Shown here piece by piece: positions 1 to 9,649 of a DNA stretch of 64,000 nt. Numbering within the stretch: the first letter of the stretch is position 1; the number at the start of each line of letters is the position of its first letter. The position numbers and the translations under genes were made by a program. The notes under the pieces were generated by a model. That model worked only from the letters and a program-made list of their open reading frames with translations. It was not told the DNA's origin and did not search any database. The DNA comes from Candidatus Eiseniibacteriota bacterium (GTDB taxonomy: Bacteria > Eisenbacteria > RBG-16-71-46 > JACRLI01): the NCBI GenBank assembly GCA_025351485.1, contig JANXVU010000164.1:438-64437 (forward strand), given 5' to 3'.

Positions 1-34
1 GTCGCAGAACTTCGGGACGCGGAGCCCCGGCGAC

Positions 35-559
35 ATGATCTTGAGGCCCATCGTCATCGCCGCGGATTCGGTAATCATGGATCTTCCCGCCTGGGTGCGA
101 TCCGACTCCACGCAAGCCCTCGGCTCGCAAAGCTTCACACTCGATGGTTCGGTGGGCGGGACATTCACATTCGGACGCTACAAGCTGGAATTTCCGCCCT
201 ACGCCGTGCGCGGCAACGGCGTAGTCACCATCTCCATACCGGACCCGGCGGTCGTCGGTTGCGACCTGAGCATCAGCCCCGCGAACTTGAACGGTTTCAA
301 CAAACCGGTGCGCCTGACCATCGAGTGCAGCAGGACCAACCTCGCGGACTCGGGCGTGGTGGCGATCCACTCCCTGCCGCCGCTCTCCAATGGCGGCCGC
401 GCGGCTCCGCTCGCCACGCCGGTCCACATCAAGCCGCCAACCGGCGTGTACTGGAGCTCCCCAGCCGGGTGGATGTGGATGGGAGGCGAAGTCGACACCA
501 CCACCTGGGAAATCGCCGCGCCGCTGCAGCACTTTTCAACTTACCGGGCGGGTTGGTAG
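35..559 (+). CDS. Hypothetical protein with ZU5-like beta-sandwich region; may be 5'-truncated by the window edge
   Basis: Frame is open from the window start. 'GGTFTFGRYKLEFPPYAV...FNKPVRLTI...APLQHFSTY' resembles ZU5-like modules. Confidence 0.55.
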   Translation: MILRPIVIAADSVIMDLPAWVRSDSTQALGSQSFTLDGSVGGTFTFGRYKLEFPPYAVRGNGVVTISIPDPAVVGCDLSISPANLNGFNKPVRLTIECSRTNLADSGVVAIHSLPPLSNGGRAAPLATPVHIKPPTGVYWSSPAGWMWMGGEVDTTTWEIAAPLQHFSTYRAGW

Positions 560-687
560 GACCGGCCCCCGCACGGCCTTCAGCAAGTTCGAATCAGGCC
601 CCCACGGGGCGGCGCGCGGGTAGGCGCGCCGCCCCGGATTCGTTTCCGCCGCCGCCTCGCATTCCAATGGCCGCCCGCCGCCCCTCA

Positions 688-696
688 TGGTAACTT
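688..696 (+). promoter_or_regulatory. Extended -10 element (TGgTAACTT) 7 nt before ATG 704; probable leaderless start
   Basis: TG-n-TAACTT at 688-696; no Shine-Dalgarno between it and the ATG. Confidence 0.45.
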
Positions 697-703
697 CACG
701 CGC

Positions 704-1987
704 ATGACCCAGCGCCACGCGCCGCACTTTCCCATCGACACCTACAAGCTTGCCAACGGCCTCACGGTGGTCCTGAGCGAGGACCACGACGCGCCCATCG
801 TGGCCACCAATCTGTGGTACCACGTGGGCGCCAAGGACGAAGAGCCCGGGCGCACCGGCTTTGCGCACCTCTTCGAGCACATGCTGTTCGAGGGCAGCGC
901 GCACGTGGGCGACAAGGCCTACATCTCCGCCATCCAGCGGCTCGGCGGGGACGTGAACGGTTCCACCGGTCCCGACACCACCAACTACTCCGAGACGGTG
1001 CCGTCGGAGTATCTGCCGCTCGCGCTGTGGCTCGAAAGCGACCGCATGGGCTGGCTGCTCCCGGCGATGACCCAGGAAAAACTGGACAACCAGCGCTCGG
1101 TGGTGAAGAACGAGCGCAGCTGGCGCTACGACAACCAGCCCTACGGGCTGTGGCTGGAAAGCTTTCTGGAGCTCTCTTATCCCGAGGGCTTTCCCTACCG
1201 CCACAGCGTGATCGGCTCCATGGAGCACCTGGACCGCGCTTCGCTGGACGACATCGAGCGGTTCTTCAAGACCTACTACACGCCGCGGAACGCGGTACTC
1301 TCGGTGGTGGGGGACTTCGAGCCGGACGAAGCGAAGCGGTGGATCGAGGCCTACTTCGGGGAAATCCCCGGCGGCCCACCCACGCCGCGGGTCCAGGCGC
1401 GCTTTTCGGGGCAGGCCGGCGAAAAGCGCCGGGAGTTCCACGACCCGGTGCAGGCCGCCCGGGTGCTGCTCGGCTACCACGTGCCGGCGATCGGAGATCC
1501 CGAGCACTACGCCGCCTCGGTCCTGACCGACGTGCTGGCCGCCGGCCGCTCCTCGCGCCTGTACATGGAGATGGTGTATCGCCGCCAGATTGCCCAGCAG
1601 GCCTCCAGCTTCGTCTATCCCATGGAACTCACCTCGGCGCTGTTCCTGGACGGCATGGCCAAGCCCGAGGGCGGGCACGAGGAGATCGAGGCCGCGCTGC
1701 TCGTGGAGGTGGAAAAGCTCCAGCAGGAGGCGCCGTCGGACCGCGAGATGGACCGCATCCGCAACCAGATCGCCTCGCACCAGTACCACTCCCTGCAGAC
1801 CGTGAACGGCCGGGCCGACAGCCTGTCCGAAGCGGTCACGCATTTCGGAGATCCGTCCCGGGCGTTCAGCGAAGTCGACCGCTACATCGCGGTGACCGGA
1901 TCCGATGTGCAGCAGGCCGCGCAGAAATTCCTGAAGGCGGACAATCGCACCGTCATCACCTATATCCCCAGCGGGAAGGAAGCCTGA
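704..1987 (+). CDS. M16 (pitrilysin/insulinase) zinc peptidase, catalytic subunit
   Basis: Inverted zinc motif HLFEH in 'RTGFAHLFEHMLF', plus 'VVKNER' and 'YYTPRNAVLSVVGD'. Confidence 0.95.
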   Translation: MTQRHAPHFPIDTYKLANGLTVVLSEDHDAPIVATNLWYHVGAKDEEPGRTGFAHLFEHMLFEGSAHVGDKAYISAIQRLGGDVNGSTGPDTTNYSETVPSEYLPLALWLESDRMGWLLPAMTQEKLDNQRSVVKNERSWRYDNQPYGLWLESFLELSYPEGFPYRHSVIGSMEHLDRASLDDIERFFKTYYTPRNAVLSVVGDFEPDEAKRWIEAYFGEIPGGPPTPRVQARFSGQAGEKRREFHDPVQAARVLLGYHVPAIGDPEHYAASVLTDVLAAGRSSRLYMEMVYRRQIAQQASSFVYPMELTSALFLDGMAKPEGGHEEIEAALLVEVEKLQQEAPSDREMDRIRNQIASHQYHSLQTVNGRADSLSEAVTHFGDPSRAFSEVDRYIAVTGSDVQQAAQKFLKADNRTVITYIPSGKEA

Positions 1988-3366
1988 TGAGCGCGACCCA
2001 GGGGGCCCCGGTGGACCGCACGCGCGAGCCGGCCCCGCTCCAGCCCAAGCCTTTCCGCTTCCCGGCGGTCACCCGGGCCGGCCTCGCGAACGGGCTTCGG
2101 GTGTGCGTCGCCACCCGCAACCAGCTGCCGCTCGTTTCCGCGATGATCGCGTTCGAGTACGGAGGCACCGAGGACCCCGCGGGAGAAGCGGGGCTTGCGG
2201 TGATGACCTCGCGGCTGCTCTCCGAGGGCGCCGGCGCGAGGTCCGCCACGGAACTGGCGGAAGAGGCCGACCAACTGGGCCTGAGCCTGGACCACGCGTC
2301 CGGGTGGGACTCCAGCGCCGTGCGCATGCGCATGTTGCAGCAGAACCTGGATCCGGCCATGGCGCTCATGGCCGACATGACGCTGCGGCCCGGCTTTGCC
2401 GAATCGGAGTTCGAGCGCGAGCGCGACCTGCGAGTGGCCGAGATCCAGAGCGACCTGGACGATCCCCGCAGCATCGTGATCGAGCGCAGCTCGCATTTCG
2501 TGTTCGGTGCGCACCGCTACGGCACCCCGCTGGCGGGCACGGAAGACTCCATCCGATCGCTCACCGCCGCCCGGCTGAAGGAACGGCACGCCCAGATGTA
2601 TCGGCCCGGGATCGCTTACTTGTTGCTGGTGGGCGACATTTCGGCCGACGAGGGCGTGCGGCTGGCGGAACGGCACTTCGGCGACTGGCAGGGCTCGGTG
2701 GCCCCCCGCGGGGCGGTGGCCGCCACGCCGGCGCCGGCCGCCACGCGGATCTACCTGGTGGACAAGCCGGGCTCGGCCCAGAGCGAAATCCGGATCGCCC
2801 AGCCGGGCGTGACCCGCGATGATCCCGACTACTTCAAGCTGCTGGTCCTGAACGCGGTGCTGGGAGAGGCCTTCGGATCGCGGCTCTACTTCAACCTTCG
2901 CGAGAAGAACGGTTTCACCTACGGGGCCGGCTCCAACTTCCAGATGCGCCGCGGGCGCGGGCCGTTCGTGGCCTCGGCCGCCGTGGGCACCGAGGTGACC
3001 GACAAGGCGGTGGTGGAGTTCATGCGCGAGATCCGGGGCATCCGCGAGATCGCGCCCACGGATGCGGAAATGCGCGACGCCAAGGGCTATCTGTCCGGAG
3101 GCCTGGCGGTGGATCTGCAGTCCAACGGCAGCGTGGCCGACCGCATTTCGGAGACCGAGTTGTTCAAGCTCCCGCACGACCACATGGACCACTACCGCGA
3201 CCTGATCCTGGCGGTCACTTCCGAGGAAGTGATCGCCACCGCCATCCGGGCCATCGATCCGGACCACTTGGCCATCACGGTGGTGGGGGACGCGGAAAAG
3301 ATCCGTCCCGGCCTGGAAAAGCTCATGCCGGTGGAGGTGTTCGACGTGGCGGGAAACCCGAAGTAG
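1987..3366 (+). CDS. M16 peptidase, non-catalytic partner subunit
   Basis: ATG overlaps the upstream TGA (TGATG). M16 fold motifs 'LANGLRV' and 'SRLYFNLREKNGFTYG'; no HxxEH. The ORF-track start at 814 is an over-extension. Confidence 0.92.
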   Translation: MSATQGAPVDRTREPAPLQPKPFRFPAVTRAGLANGLRVCVATRNQLPLVSAMIAFEYGGTEDPAGEAGLAVMTSRLLSEGAGARSATELAEEADQLGLSLDHASGWDSSAVRMRMLQQNLDPAMALMADMTLRPGFAESEFERERDLRVAEIQSDLDDPRSIVIERSSHFVFGAHRYGTPLAGTEDSIRSLTAARLKERHAQMYRPGIAYLLLVGDISADEGVRLAERHFGDWQGSVAPRGAVAATPAPAATRIYLVDKPGSAQSEIRIAQPGVTRDDPDYFKLLVLNAVLGEAFGSRLYFNLREKNGFTYGAGSNFQMRRGRGPFVASAAVGTEVTDKAVVEFMREIRGIREIAPTDAEMRDAKGYLSGGLAVDLQSNGSVADRISETELFKLPHDHMDHYRDLILAVTSEEVIATAIRAIDPDHLAITVVGDAEKIRPGLEKLMPVEVFDVAGNPK

Positions 3367-3371
3367 GCTCC

Positions 3372-3422
3372 AAAAAACATGACGCCCGGAGGGACCGTGG
3401 GTCTCTCCGGGCGTTACTGTTT
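3372..3422. terminator. Probable bidirectional intrinsic terminator
   Basis: Hairpin acgcccggagggacc-gtg-ggtctctccgggcgt with an A-tract on the left, lying between convergent genes. Confidence 0.6.
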
Positions 3423-3445
3423 CCGGGCGCCCTGGGCGCCGCGGG

Positions 3446-5548
3446 TCAGTCCAGCTCGCTCGGCAGTTCCACTTCCAGTTCGTCCCCGTTCTTGGCCAGG
3501 CTCGCCAGCTTGCCGTCCCACCGGTGCAGCGTGGCGGACGTCGCGGGGAAGCGCGCCCCGGAGTGCATCAGGCGCGGCGCGGTGTCGCCGTGCACCAGCC
3601 GCAGCCGCTTTTCCAGGTACTGGAGCACCGTGGTCACGAAGGTCGCATGGCTCCAGGTGAGCGGCGAGACCGAGATCGGCGTGTCGTTGTAGGGGTGCAC
3701 CTGCTCGGCCATCACCCCCGAGGGCAGGGCGCGCGCGGCCGCCCACTGCAAGTACTCCAGCGCCCGCTCCAGTTCCGGAAGGTTGGTGGCGCGGGCGATC
3801 TCATACTGGGCCAGCCACAGCGTGCAGATCAGCCACGGGTTGCCGGGCACGTTCTCGATGTCGCGGCTGACCTGGTGGTAATAGTCGTTCTCGTAGCGGG
3901 CCACGCCGCCCACCTTGGTCCGTACCCACAGCTTTTCCCGCACCGCCTTCATGGTGCCTTCCACGCGCGGGTCGCGGGCTCCCAGCGCCTCGAACATGAA
4001 CAGACCGGCGAGGCTCGCGTCCACGGTCATGTCCAGCTTGTAGCCGTCCCCCTCGCGGGTCCCCATGCGGGCGAAGCGCCCCAGTTCCGGGTTGTAGAGA
4101 TGCTTGACCATGGCTTCCCGGATCTCGTCGGCGGCCTGGAAGTAGCGGGCCGAGGCGTCGATTTCGCCAAAGGCGGACGTGAAGTTGCCGGCGGCCTGGA
4201 GCCCCGCGATGACCGCCGCCACGGTGAACGTGTGCACCCCCCAGCGCTCCTCCCACAGGTCGTGCGAAGGGCGGGGCAGGCCCGTGGCAGGGTCGCGGTA
4301 GCGCGCCAGGAAGTCCCCCATGCGCCGCACCACCGGCCGGTACAGGGGCTTGATGAAGTCGATCTCGCGGAAGCGCGCGAAGTGCTTCCACAGGGCCCAC
4401 ACCACCAGGGCGGTCTCGTCCTCCTGGATCGGGAGCGCTTCCCGGCCGTTGCGCAGCCACGGGTGCCACGAGCTCGCGAGCGTGCCGTCGGGGTTGTACT
4501 TGTGCAGCAGGAAGCCGCCGGATTCCAGCACCCGTCCGCAGAAGTTGAAGAACCGCTGTGAAGGCTCGCTATAGCCGGTGCGGATGAGCGCGTCGGCCAC
4601 CAGGGCGCCGTCGCGCGGCCACAGGTACGAGTAGTGGTCGCGCGAATACATCATCACGTCGGAATCGTTGGCCGCCAGGATGGCCCCGTCGTTGTCGGTC
4701 TGGGTGCGGATCACCAGCAGGCTGCGGCGGAACAGCCTCGCGATCTCCGGGGGGATGCCCTCGAAGGTGAACTCTTCCTTCTGCACCCACAGGCGCCAGT
4801 AGGCGTCGGTGCGGGCCAGCAGGCTCTCGGGGGACTTGGCCAGCAGCGCGGCCTGCATGCGCTCGACGTCGTCGTACTTGGTCCCCAGCAACATCCAGTA
4901 ATAGAGCGTGGCGCTGGAGTGGGACGGGACCGTCAGGTGAAACCCGGCCGTGGAGTCCACGGCCCCCTGGGCGATGGGATTGCGTCCCAGTTCGCCGTCC
5001 TCGGCGTCGCGCCAGGTGCCTTCCGCTCCGTTGACCGCCTTGAGCCCGGTGGCAAAGTCCTGCACACCGATGCGCTCGGGCGTCATGCCGCCCATCAGAA
5101 ACCAGCGCTCACCCTTGTAATGAAGGATGGATTGCGTGTTGGGGTCGAAGTAGGCGGTGTCGCCCACGTCGGTGCCGAAGATGTGGAAGTCGTGATGAAA
5201 GAAGACCCGCACGTCGCGCGGGGTGTCCCGCAGGTTGGTCACGGTCAACCGCCGCACGAACGCGTTCATGTGGAAATCCACGACGTCGTGCGACTCGAAG
5301 GAAAGCCCCATGGAGTCGTTGCTGCCGGTCACCTTGGTGGACAGGGTGTCGTCGGCGTAGCGGCGGTCCAGGTTCCAGTCGGGCCCCACCCAGCTGAGGC
5401 GGCCGTCGGCCCAGAAGCCGAAGCGGAAGGGGTGGCCGGCGGTGTGGTTCTCCATGCCCACATGCGGGAAGTACACGTCCCGGATGCGGTAGTCCATGTC
5501 GAATGTGACCAGCATCTGCCCATTTCCGACCGGGATGTCGCGAGGCAT
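3446..5548 (-). CDS. Glycoside hydrolase family 15 (glucoamylase/glucodextranase-like)
   Basis: 'YSYLWPRDG', 'QEDET', 'DLWEE', 'MAEQV', 'SPLTWSHA'. Confidence 0.93.
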   Translation of the reverse strand: MPRDIPVGNGQMLVTFDMDYRIRDVYFPHVGMENHTAGHPFRFGFWADGRLSWVGPDWNLDRRYADDTLSTKVTGSNDSMGLSFESHDVVDFHMNAFVRRLTVTNLRDTPRDVRVFFHHDFHIFGTDVGDTAYFDPNTQSILHYKGERWFLMGGMTPERIGVQDFATGLKAVNGAEGTWRDAEDGELGRNPIAQGAVDSTAGFHLTVPSHSSATLYYWMLLGTKYDDVERMQAALLAKSPESLLARTDAYWRLWVQKEEFTFEGIPPEIARLFRRSLLVIRTQTDNDGAILAANDSDVMMYSRDHYSYLWPRDGALVADALIRTGYSEPSQRFFNFCGRVLESGGFLLHKYNPDGTLASSWHPWLRNGREALPIQEDETALVVWALWKHFARFREIDFIKPLYRPVVRRMGDFLARYRDPATGLPRPSHDLWEERWGVHTFTVAAVIAGLQAAGNFTSAFGEIDASARYFQAADEIREAMVKHLYNPELGRFARMGTREGDGYKLDMTVDASLAGLFMFEALGARDPRVEGTMKAVREKLWVRTKVGGVARYENDYYHQVSRDIENVPGNPWLICTLWLAQYEIARATNLPELERALEYLQWAAARALPSGVMAEQVHPYNDTPISVSPLTWSHATFVTTVLQYLEKRLRLVHGDTAPRLMHSGARFPATSATLHRWDGKLASLAKNGDELEVELPSELD

Positions 5549-5675
5549 GAGGTGTCGTCCTTCGAGAGGTCCTGGTGCGATTCGACCGGCAAGCGCGGGG
5601 CACGGGATCGCCGCGCCCCTTCCCTTGGGAATCGGCGCGGAGAGCGGCCATCTTTATGGGCTTAACGGTCCGATG

Positions 5676-6002
5676 TCATTTGGCAGGGCGCGTTTGGGCG
5701 CGGGCCTCCGCGGCGATCGGAGCGGGCTCGGGAACCATGACCACCGAGTTCTCGCTCCCCCAGGGGTTCGGCACGTATTTCGGCGCATCGTAGTCGTTAT
5801 ACCAGATCCGGCCCACCTTGAACTTGTACTCGTATTCGCCCGGGGCGATCTTCAGCTCCAGCGCGTGGCCGTGGTCGCCCACGCGTATCATCGGATGGGA
5901 CAATTCGTTCCAGTCGTTGAAATCGCCCACCAGGAAGACGTCTTGATCGGTGGGGCGCACGAAGGTGAACCGGACGCGGCCGTTGGGCAGGATCTCGACC
6001 AT
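5676..6002 (-). CDS. Stand-alone glycogen-binding (CBM48/AMPK-CBM, isoamylase early set) protein
   Basis: 'VFLVGDFNDWN...PGEYEYKF...W...NPWGSENSVV'. Start placed at ATG 6002 (MVEILPNG). Confidence 0.85.
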   Translation of the reverse strand: MVEILPNGRVRFTFVRPTDQDVFLVGDFNDWNELSHPMIRVGDHGHALELKIAPGEYEYKFKVGRIWYNDYDAPKYVPNPWGSENSVVMVPEPAPIAAEARAQTRPAK

Positions 6003-6242
6003 GGGAAGCCTCAGGATTCGGGGGCAGGGCTGCATGAGACAAGGCAATATTGGCTCCCGGGGGGCCGGGGCGTCAAGGAGCAAACAGGCCCCGGAGCGCC
6101 CCTTTGGCGGCCGGGTCGGGGACCGAAAATTCCTATGCTAGACTCCGGGCAGGAGCGTGCCGTTAATAAGTGTGGCGGAGCGCCGGGGCTTCCCGCGCTG
6201 CCCCGGATTTTGTCCCAGCCACACATGCCCCGCGGTCGCCCC

Positions 6243-7298
6243 ATGCGCCGCGCCGCTTTCCTGTTTCCCGGAGGTCGCTTGAGCCGGTTTCGCCTTTCAG
6301 GCTGCATCGCCGTGGTTGTCGCGCTCGCCCTTTCGGGCTGCGGTTTTGGCATCACCGGAACCAACGGGGGTGGCGGCAACGGCAAGGGCGGCTGGGTCCA
6401 GCAGACCACGCCCACCCTCAACGACCTGCTCGCGGTGTCCTTCGCCGACACGCTTCACGGCTGGGCCGTGGGCGCGATCACCCTCCTGCACACCAGCGAC
6501 GGCGGAAAGACCTGGATCAACCAGGTGGGCCAGGTCGGCGCGCTCACCCAGTGGAACGGCGCCAGCGCCACCGATTCGTCGCACTGCTGGATCGTGGGCG
6601 GGGACGGGTTCGTGCGCTGGACCGAGAACGGCGGCACCAGCTGGAGCGCGGTGCAGCCCAGCCCCTCCGGCAGCGCCACTTTCAACGCGGTCCAGTTCCT
6701 GGACCACCTGCGCGGCTGGGTATGCGGCCGGAAGAGCAACGGCGTGGGCGTGATCCTGTACACCATCAACGGCGGGCTCTCGTGGTCCGAGGGCAACTAC
6801 ACCGGCTTGAAGGAAGTGCAGGCCATCAGCTTCACCACTCCCAGCACCGGCGTGGCCTGCGGCGTGCTGGGGCAGATCTACTACACCAGCGACGGCGGCC
6901 GCACCTGGACGGCGGGCACTTCTCCCACCACCCAGGCGCTCTTCGCCATCGCTTCGGCGCCGGCGTCCGCCGGGCAGTTCGGCCTCGCCGGCGGCATCGC
7001 GGGCGTGGGCGCGGCACTGGTCACCAGCGACGCGGGTCGCACCTGGACCCGGGGCCAGCCGCTTCCCCTGGGCATGGACGTGCGTGGCGCCTCCATGGTG
7101 GACTTCAATTCCGCCTTCATCGCCGGCTGGAGCAGCCGCGCGGAGATCGCCGCCAGCATCGACGGCGGCCGCACCTGGATCTCCCAGTCGCCCACCTGGT
7201 CGCATCCGCTCAACGCCATCGACATGGTGGACGCCCGGCACGGCTGGGTTGTGGGCGACCTGGGCGCCATCTTCACCACCCGCACCGGCGGCAACTGA
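6243..7298 (+). CDS. Lipoprotein with YCF48/BNR (Asp-box) beta-propeller
   Basis: Lipobox LSGC; repeated T/SxDGGxTW motifs and 'GWxVG' blades. Start uncertain (6243 ATG or 6279 TTG). Confidence 0.85.
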   Translation: MRRAAFLFPGGRLSRFRLSGCIAVVVALALSGCGFGITGTNGGGGNGKGGWVQQTTPTLNDLLAVSFADTLHGWAVGAITLLHTSDGGKTWINQVGQVGALTQWNGASATDSSHCWIVGGDGFVRWTENGGTSWSAVQPSPSGSATFNAVQFLDHLRGWVCGRKSNGVGVILYTINGGLSWSEGNYTGLKEVQAISFTTPSTGVACGVLGQIYYTSDGGRTWTAGTSPTTQALFAIASAPASAGQFGLAGGIAGVGAALVTSDAGRTWTRGQPLPLGMDVRGASMVDFNSAFIAGWSSRAEIAASIDGGRTWISQSPTWSHPLNAIDMVDARHGWVVGDLGAIFTTRTGGN

Positions 7299-7345
7299 CC
7301 CCCACGGACGTGAAAACCAACCCGAATCTGCCCGCACGGATCCAA

Positions 7346-8971
7346 ATGAGCCTTCGAGCGCCCATTCTGGCGGCCGCGGCCGCGGCCGCCCTGGCCCTGC
7401 ACCTTCCGGCGGAGGCCCTCCCCGCACCCATCGAACTGCCCGACGTGGCCGTTCCCATCCCGACGCGCAACCTGAAGGAAGACGCCGCGCTCAGCGGCTT
7501 CATGGACCAGCTGGACTCCCGCTGGCGCGACCTGGAGCTGCGCATGCGCCGCTGCGAGGTCGAGACCTCGCAGCCCGACAGCTGCCAGAGCGACCGCTGG
7601 GCCCAGGAGCTTTCCGAGATGCTGGCCACGCCCGAGTACGTGGACGTGGTCTGGCGCCGGGGCCCCAAGGCCCACGATCCGGCGCTGCGAGAGCGTATGG
7701 AACGCGCGTTCCCGGCCATGCTCACGGCGGTCTTCGACCGCGACCCCTCTTTGCGCCAGCTGCTGGACCCCATCGCCGACACGGTGGCCTCGTTCCGTCC
7801 CGAGGTGGGCGGCATCCTGGTCACGCGCGAGCAGGCCCGCGAGATCATGCGGCGCGACGAGGACCGCGCCCGCCGCCGGGCCGCCTACGAGAGCGGCGCG
7901 CCGCTTTCGCAGAGAATCGCCCCGGATCTGCGCGACCTGATGCGCCGGCGGAACCTGCTGGCGGAGCGCTTCGGGTATCACGACTTCGTGGAGATGAAGC
8001 TGGGGGGCGAGCTCTTGAGCTCGCAGCAGCTGAAGGCCATCGAGGATACCCTGGAGCGCGCCACCCGGGTTCCCTACAGGCGCTTGTGCCAGCGCCTGCG
8101 GAGCCGCCTGGACGTTTTCCAACTGCACCCGTGGGACCTGGCTTACGGGCAGTCGCTGCTGGACGAATCGGCCGACACCACGCTCAAGGGAGGCGACGCC
8201 GGGATCCGGCTGGCCTCGTTTGTCGCGGGGCTCGGGCTCAACCCTGACGCGCTCCCGATCCGGCTGGTGTTCAGCCAGGGAGGCGTGTACCGCACTCGCT
8301 GCGTCCCGGTGGATCCGCCTGCCGACATCCGGATCATCTCCAATCCCAGCGATGGCCTGGACGGCTATATTTCGCTCTTCCACGAGTACGGCCGCGGCAT
8401 GCTGGAAGCGCACCTGCCGGATGCGCGGCCCTCCGTCCGCGCGCTCCCCGAGGTGTGGCGCGAGGCCCAGGGAGCACTGTTCGGAAACTTCACGGTGGAG
8501 CCGGACTGGCTCGCGGGCGGACTCAACCTCTCCGACTCTTCCGCCAGCGCCTACCGGCTCGACTGGGTGGACTCCAGGCTGCTCTCGCTCCGAGGGCTGA
8601 TCATGCTCTCGCGCTTCGAGCGCGAGCTCTACACCCGGCCCAATGCCCAGCCCGACAGCTTGTGGCGCTCCTACACCGAGCGGTATCTTGACGTGGAGGC
8701 GCCCGACGCTTCGCTGTGGGCTTCGGAGACCCCGCTCCTGGTGCAGCCGCTGGGCTATTCGCGCTACCTGGCGAGCGAGGTGATCGCGGCCCAGTTGCTG
8801 GTGGCGGCGCGCAGCCGCTTCGGGCGCGCCGAAGGGGGAGAGCTGGGGCAGTTCCTGGTGGACGAAGTTTACAAGCCGGGAGCGACGCTGCCATGGAACG
8901 AGGTGCTGCTGCGGGCGACCGGATCCACTCTTGACGCCCACTTTCTGGCGCGCGAGCTGGGGGGACAGTGA
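7346..8971 (+). CDS. Secreted M3/M2-like (oligoendopeptidase) protein with degenerate zinc motif
   Basis: Signal peptide; 'RRAAY', 'RRNLLAERFGYHDF', 'LHPWD', 'FERELY'. Zinc motif reads HEYGR instead of HExxH. Confidence 0.75.
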   Translation: MSLRAPILAAAAAAALALHLPAEALPAPIELPDVAVPIPTRNLKEDAALSGFMDQLDSRWRDLELRMRRCEVETSQPDSCQSDRWAQELSEMLATPEYVDVVWRRGPKAHDPALRERMERAFPAMLTAVFDRDPSLRQLLDPIADTVASFRPEVGGILVTREQAREIMRRDEDRARRRAAYESGAPLSQRIAPDLRDLMRRRNLLAERFGYHDFVEMKLGGELLSSQQLKAIEDTLERATRVPYRRLCQRLRSRLDVFQLHPWDLAYGQSLLDESADTTLKGGDAGIRLASFVAGLGLNPDALPIRLVFSQGGVYRTRCVPVDPPADIRIISNPSDGLDGYISLFHEYGRGMLEAHLPDARPSVRALPEVWREAQGALFGNFTVEPDWLAGGLNLSDSSASAYRLDWVDSRLLSLRGLIMLSRFERELYTRPNAQPDSLWRSYTERYLDVEAPDASLWASETPLLVQPLGYSRYLASEVIAAQLLVAARSRFGRAEGGELGQFLVDEVYKPGATLPWNEVLLRATGSTLDAHFLARELGGQ

Positions 8972-9564
8972 GCGGAGACTTCGACGAGGACGAACTGCCG
9001 ATCGTGCCGGATCTGGAAACGGATCCCGACGGCGATCCGGGGCCCGAAGGCGAGGTCGGGCCGCAGATCGTGGTGGTGGACGGCCCCACGGTGATCGAGG
9101 GGGCCGAGCCGCTGCGCGCGCTGTGGACCTCCGACCCCTCGGACGCCGCGCTGCGCCTGGTAAATTTGTTGAGCTGGGCGGTGGGGGATGAGACGGTCGA
9201 GTTCTCGGTCTACTTCGAACCGGCGGTGCAGGCGCGCGCCGCGGAGATCGGCGTGCGCCGCGTGAACTCCCTTCGGTCCGAGGAGGGCCAGACGGTGGCC
9301 GAGGCGGTGATGGACGAGCTTCGGCGCCTGGACGAGGCGGGCCGGGCGGCGCAGACCACCGTGGTCACCTCGGACCTTGAAACCGCGCGCTTTGCCAATG
9401 AACGGGGGATCCGAACCAATCTGGCCGACCTGTTCGCCGCCAGCCTCCTCGGCGGCTCCAGCGCCACCGAAGAAGACGAGTTCATCAAGCCGCCCGGCCT
9501 GAGCCCCAGGGAGGAAGCGGAGTGGGACGCGTTCGTGGCGGAATGGAAGAAGGGTCGCAAGTAG
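8968..9564 (+). CDS. NYN/PIN-like (YacP-like) domain protein
   Basis: 'IVVVDG', 'VVTSD' and a C-terminal 'KPPGLSPREEAEW'; GTG start overlaps the upstream stop. Confidence 0.55.
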   Translation: MSGDFDEDELPIVPDLETDPDGDPGPEGEVGPQIVVVDGPTVIEGAEPLRALWTSDPSDAALRLVNLLSWAVGDETVEFSVYFEPAVQARAAEIGVRRVNSLRSEEGQTVAEAVMDELRRLDEAGRAAQTTVVTSDLETARFANERGIRTNLADLFAASLLGGSSATEEDEFIKPPGLSPREEAEWDAFVAEWKKGRK

Positions 9565-9589
9565 GGGCCGGGACGGCGTTCCGACCGTG

Positions 9590-9630
9590 AAAAAAGACAG
9601 CCGCCCCGCGGGCGGCTGCCTTTTTGTTTT
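9590..9630. terminator. Bidirectional intrinsic terminator
   Basis: A-tract, stem cagccgccc/gggcggctg, T-tract; lies between convergent genes. Confidence 0.8.
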
Positions 9631-9649
9631 GTTACCGGAAAGCCGGCGG

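Noticed and set aside
814-1986. Apparent N-terminal extensions on ORFs 814-3366, 5496-7298, 6170-8971, 13205-18136 and 35841-38087
   Set aside because: The extensions are shadow frames of upstream genes; signal peptides, RBS and overlapping stops indicate later starts.
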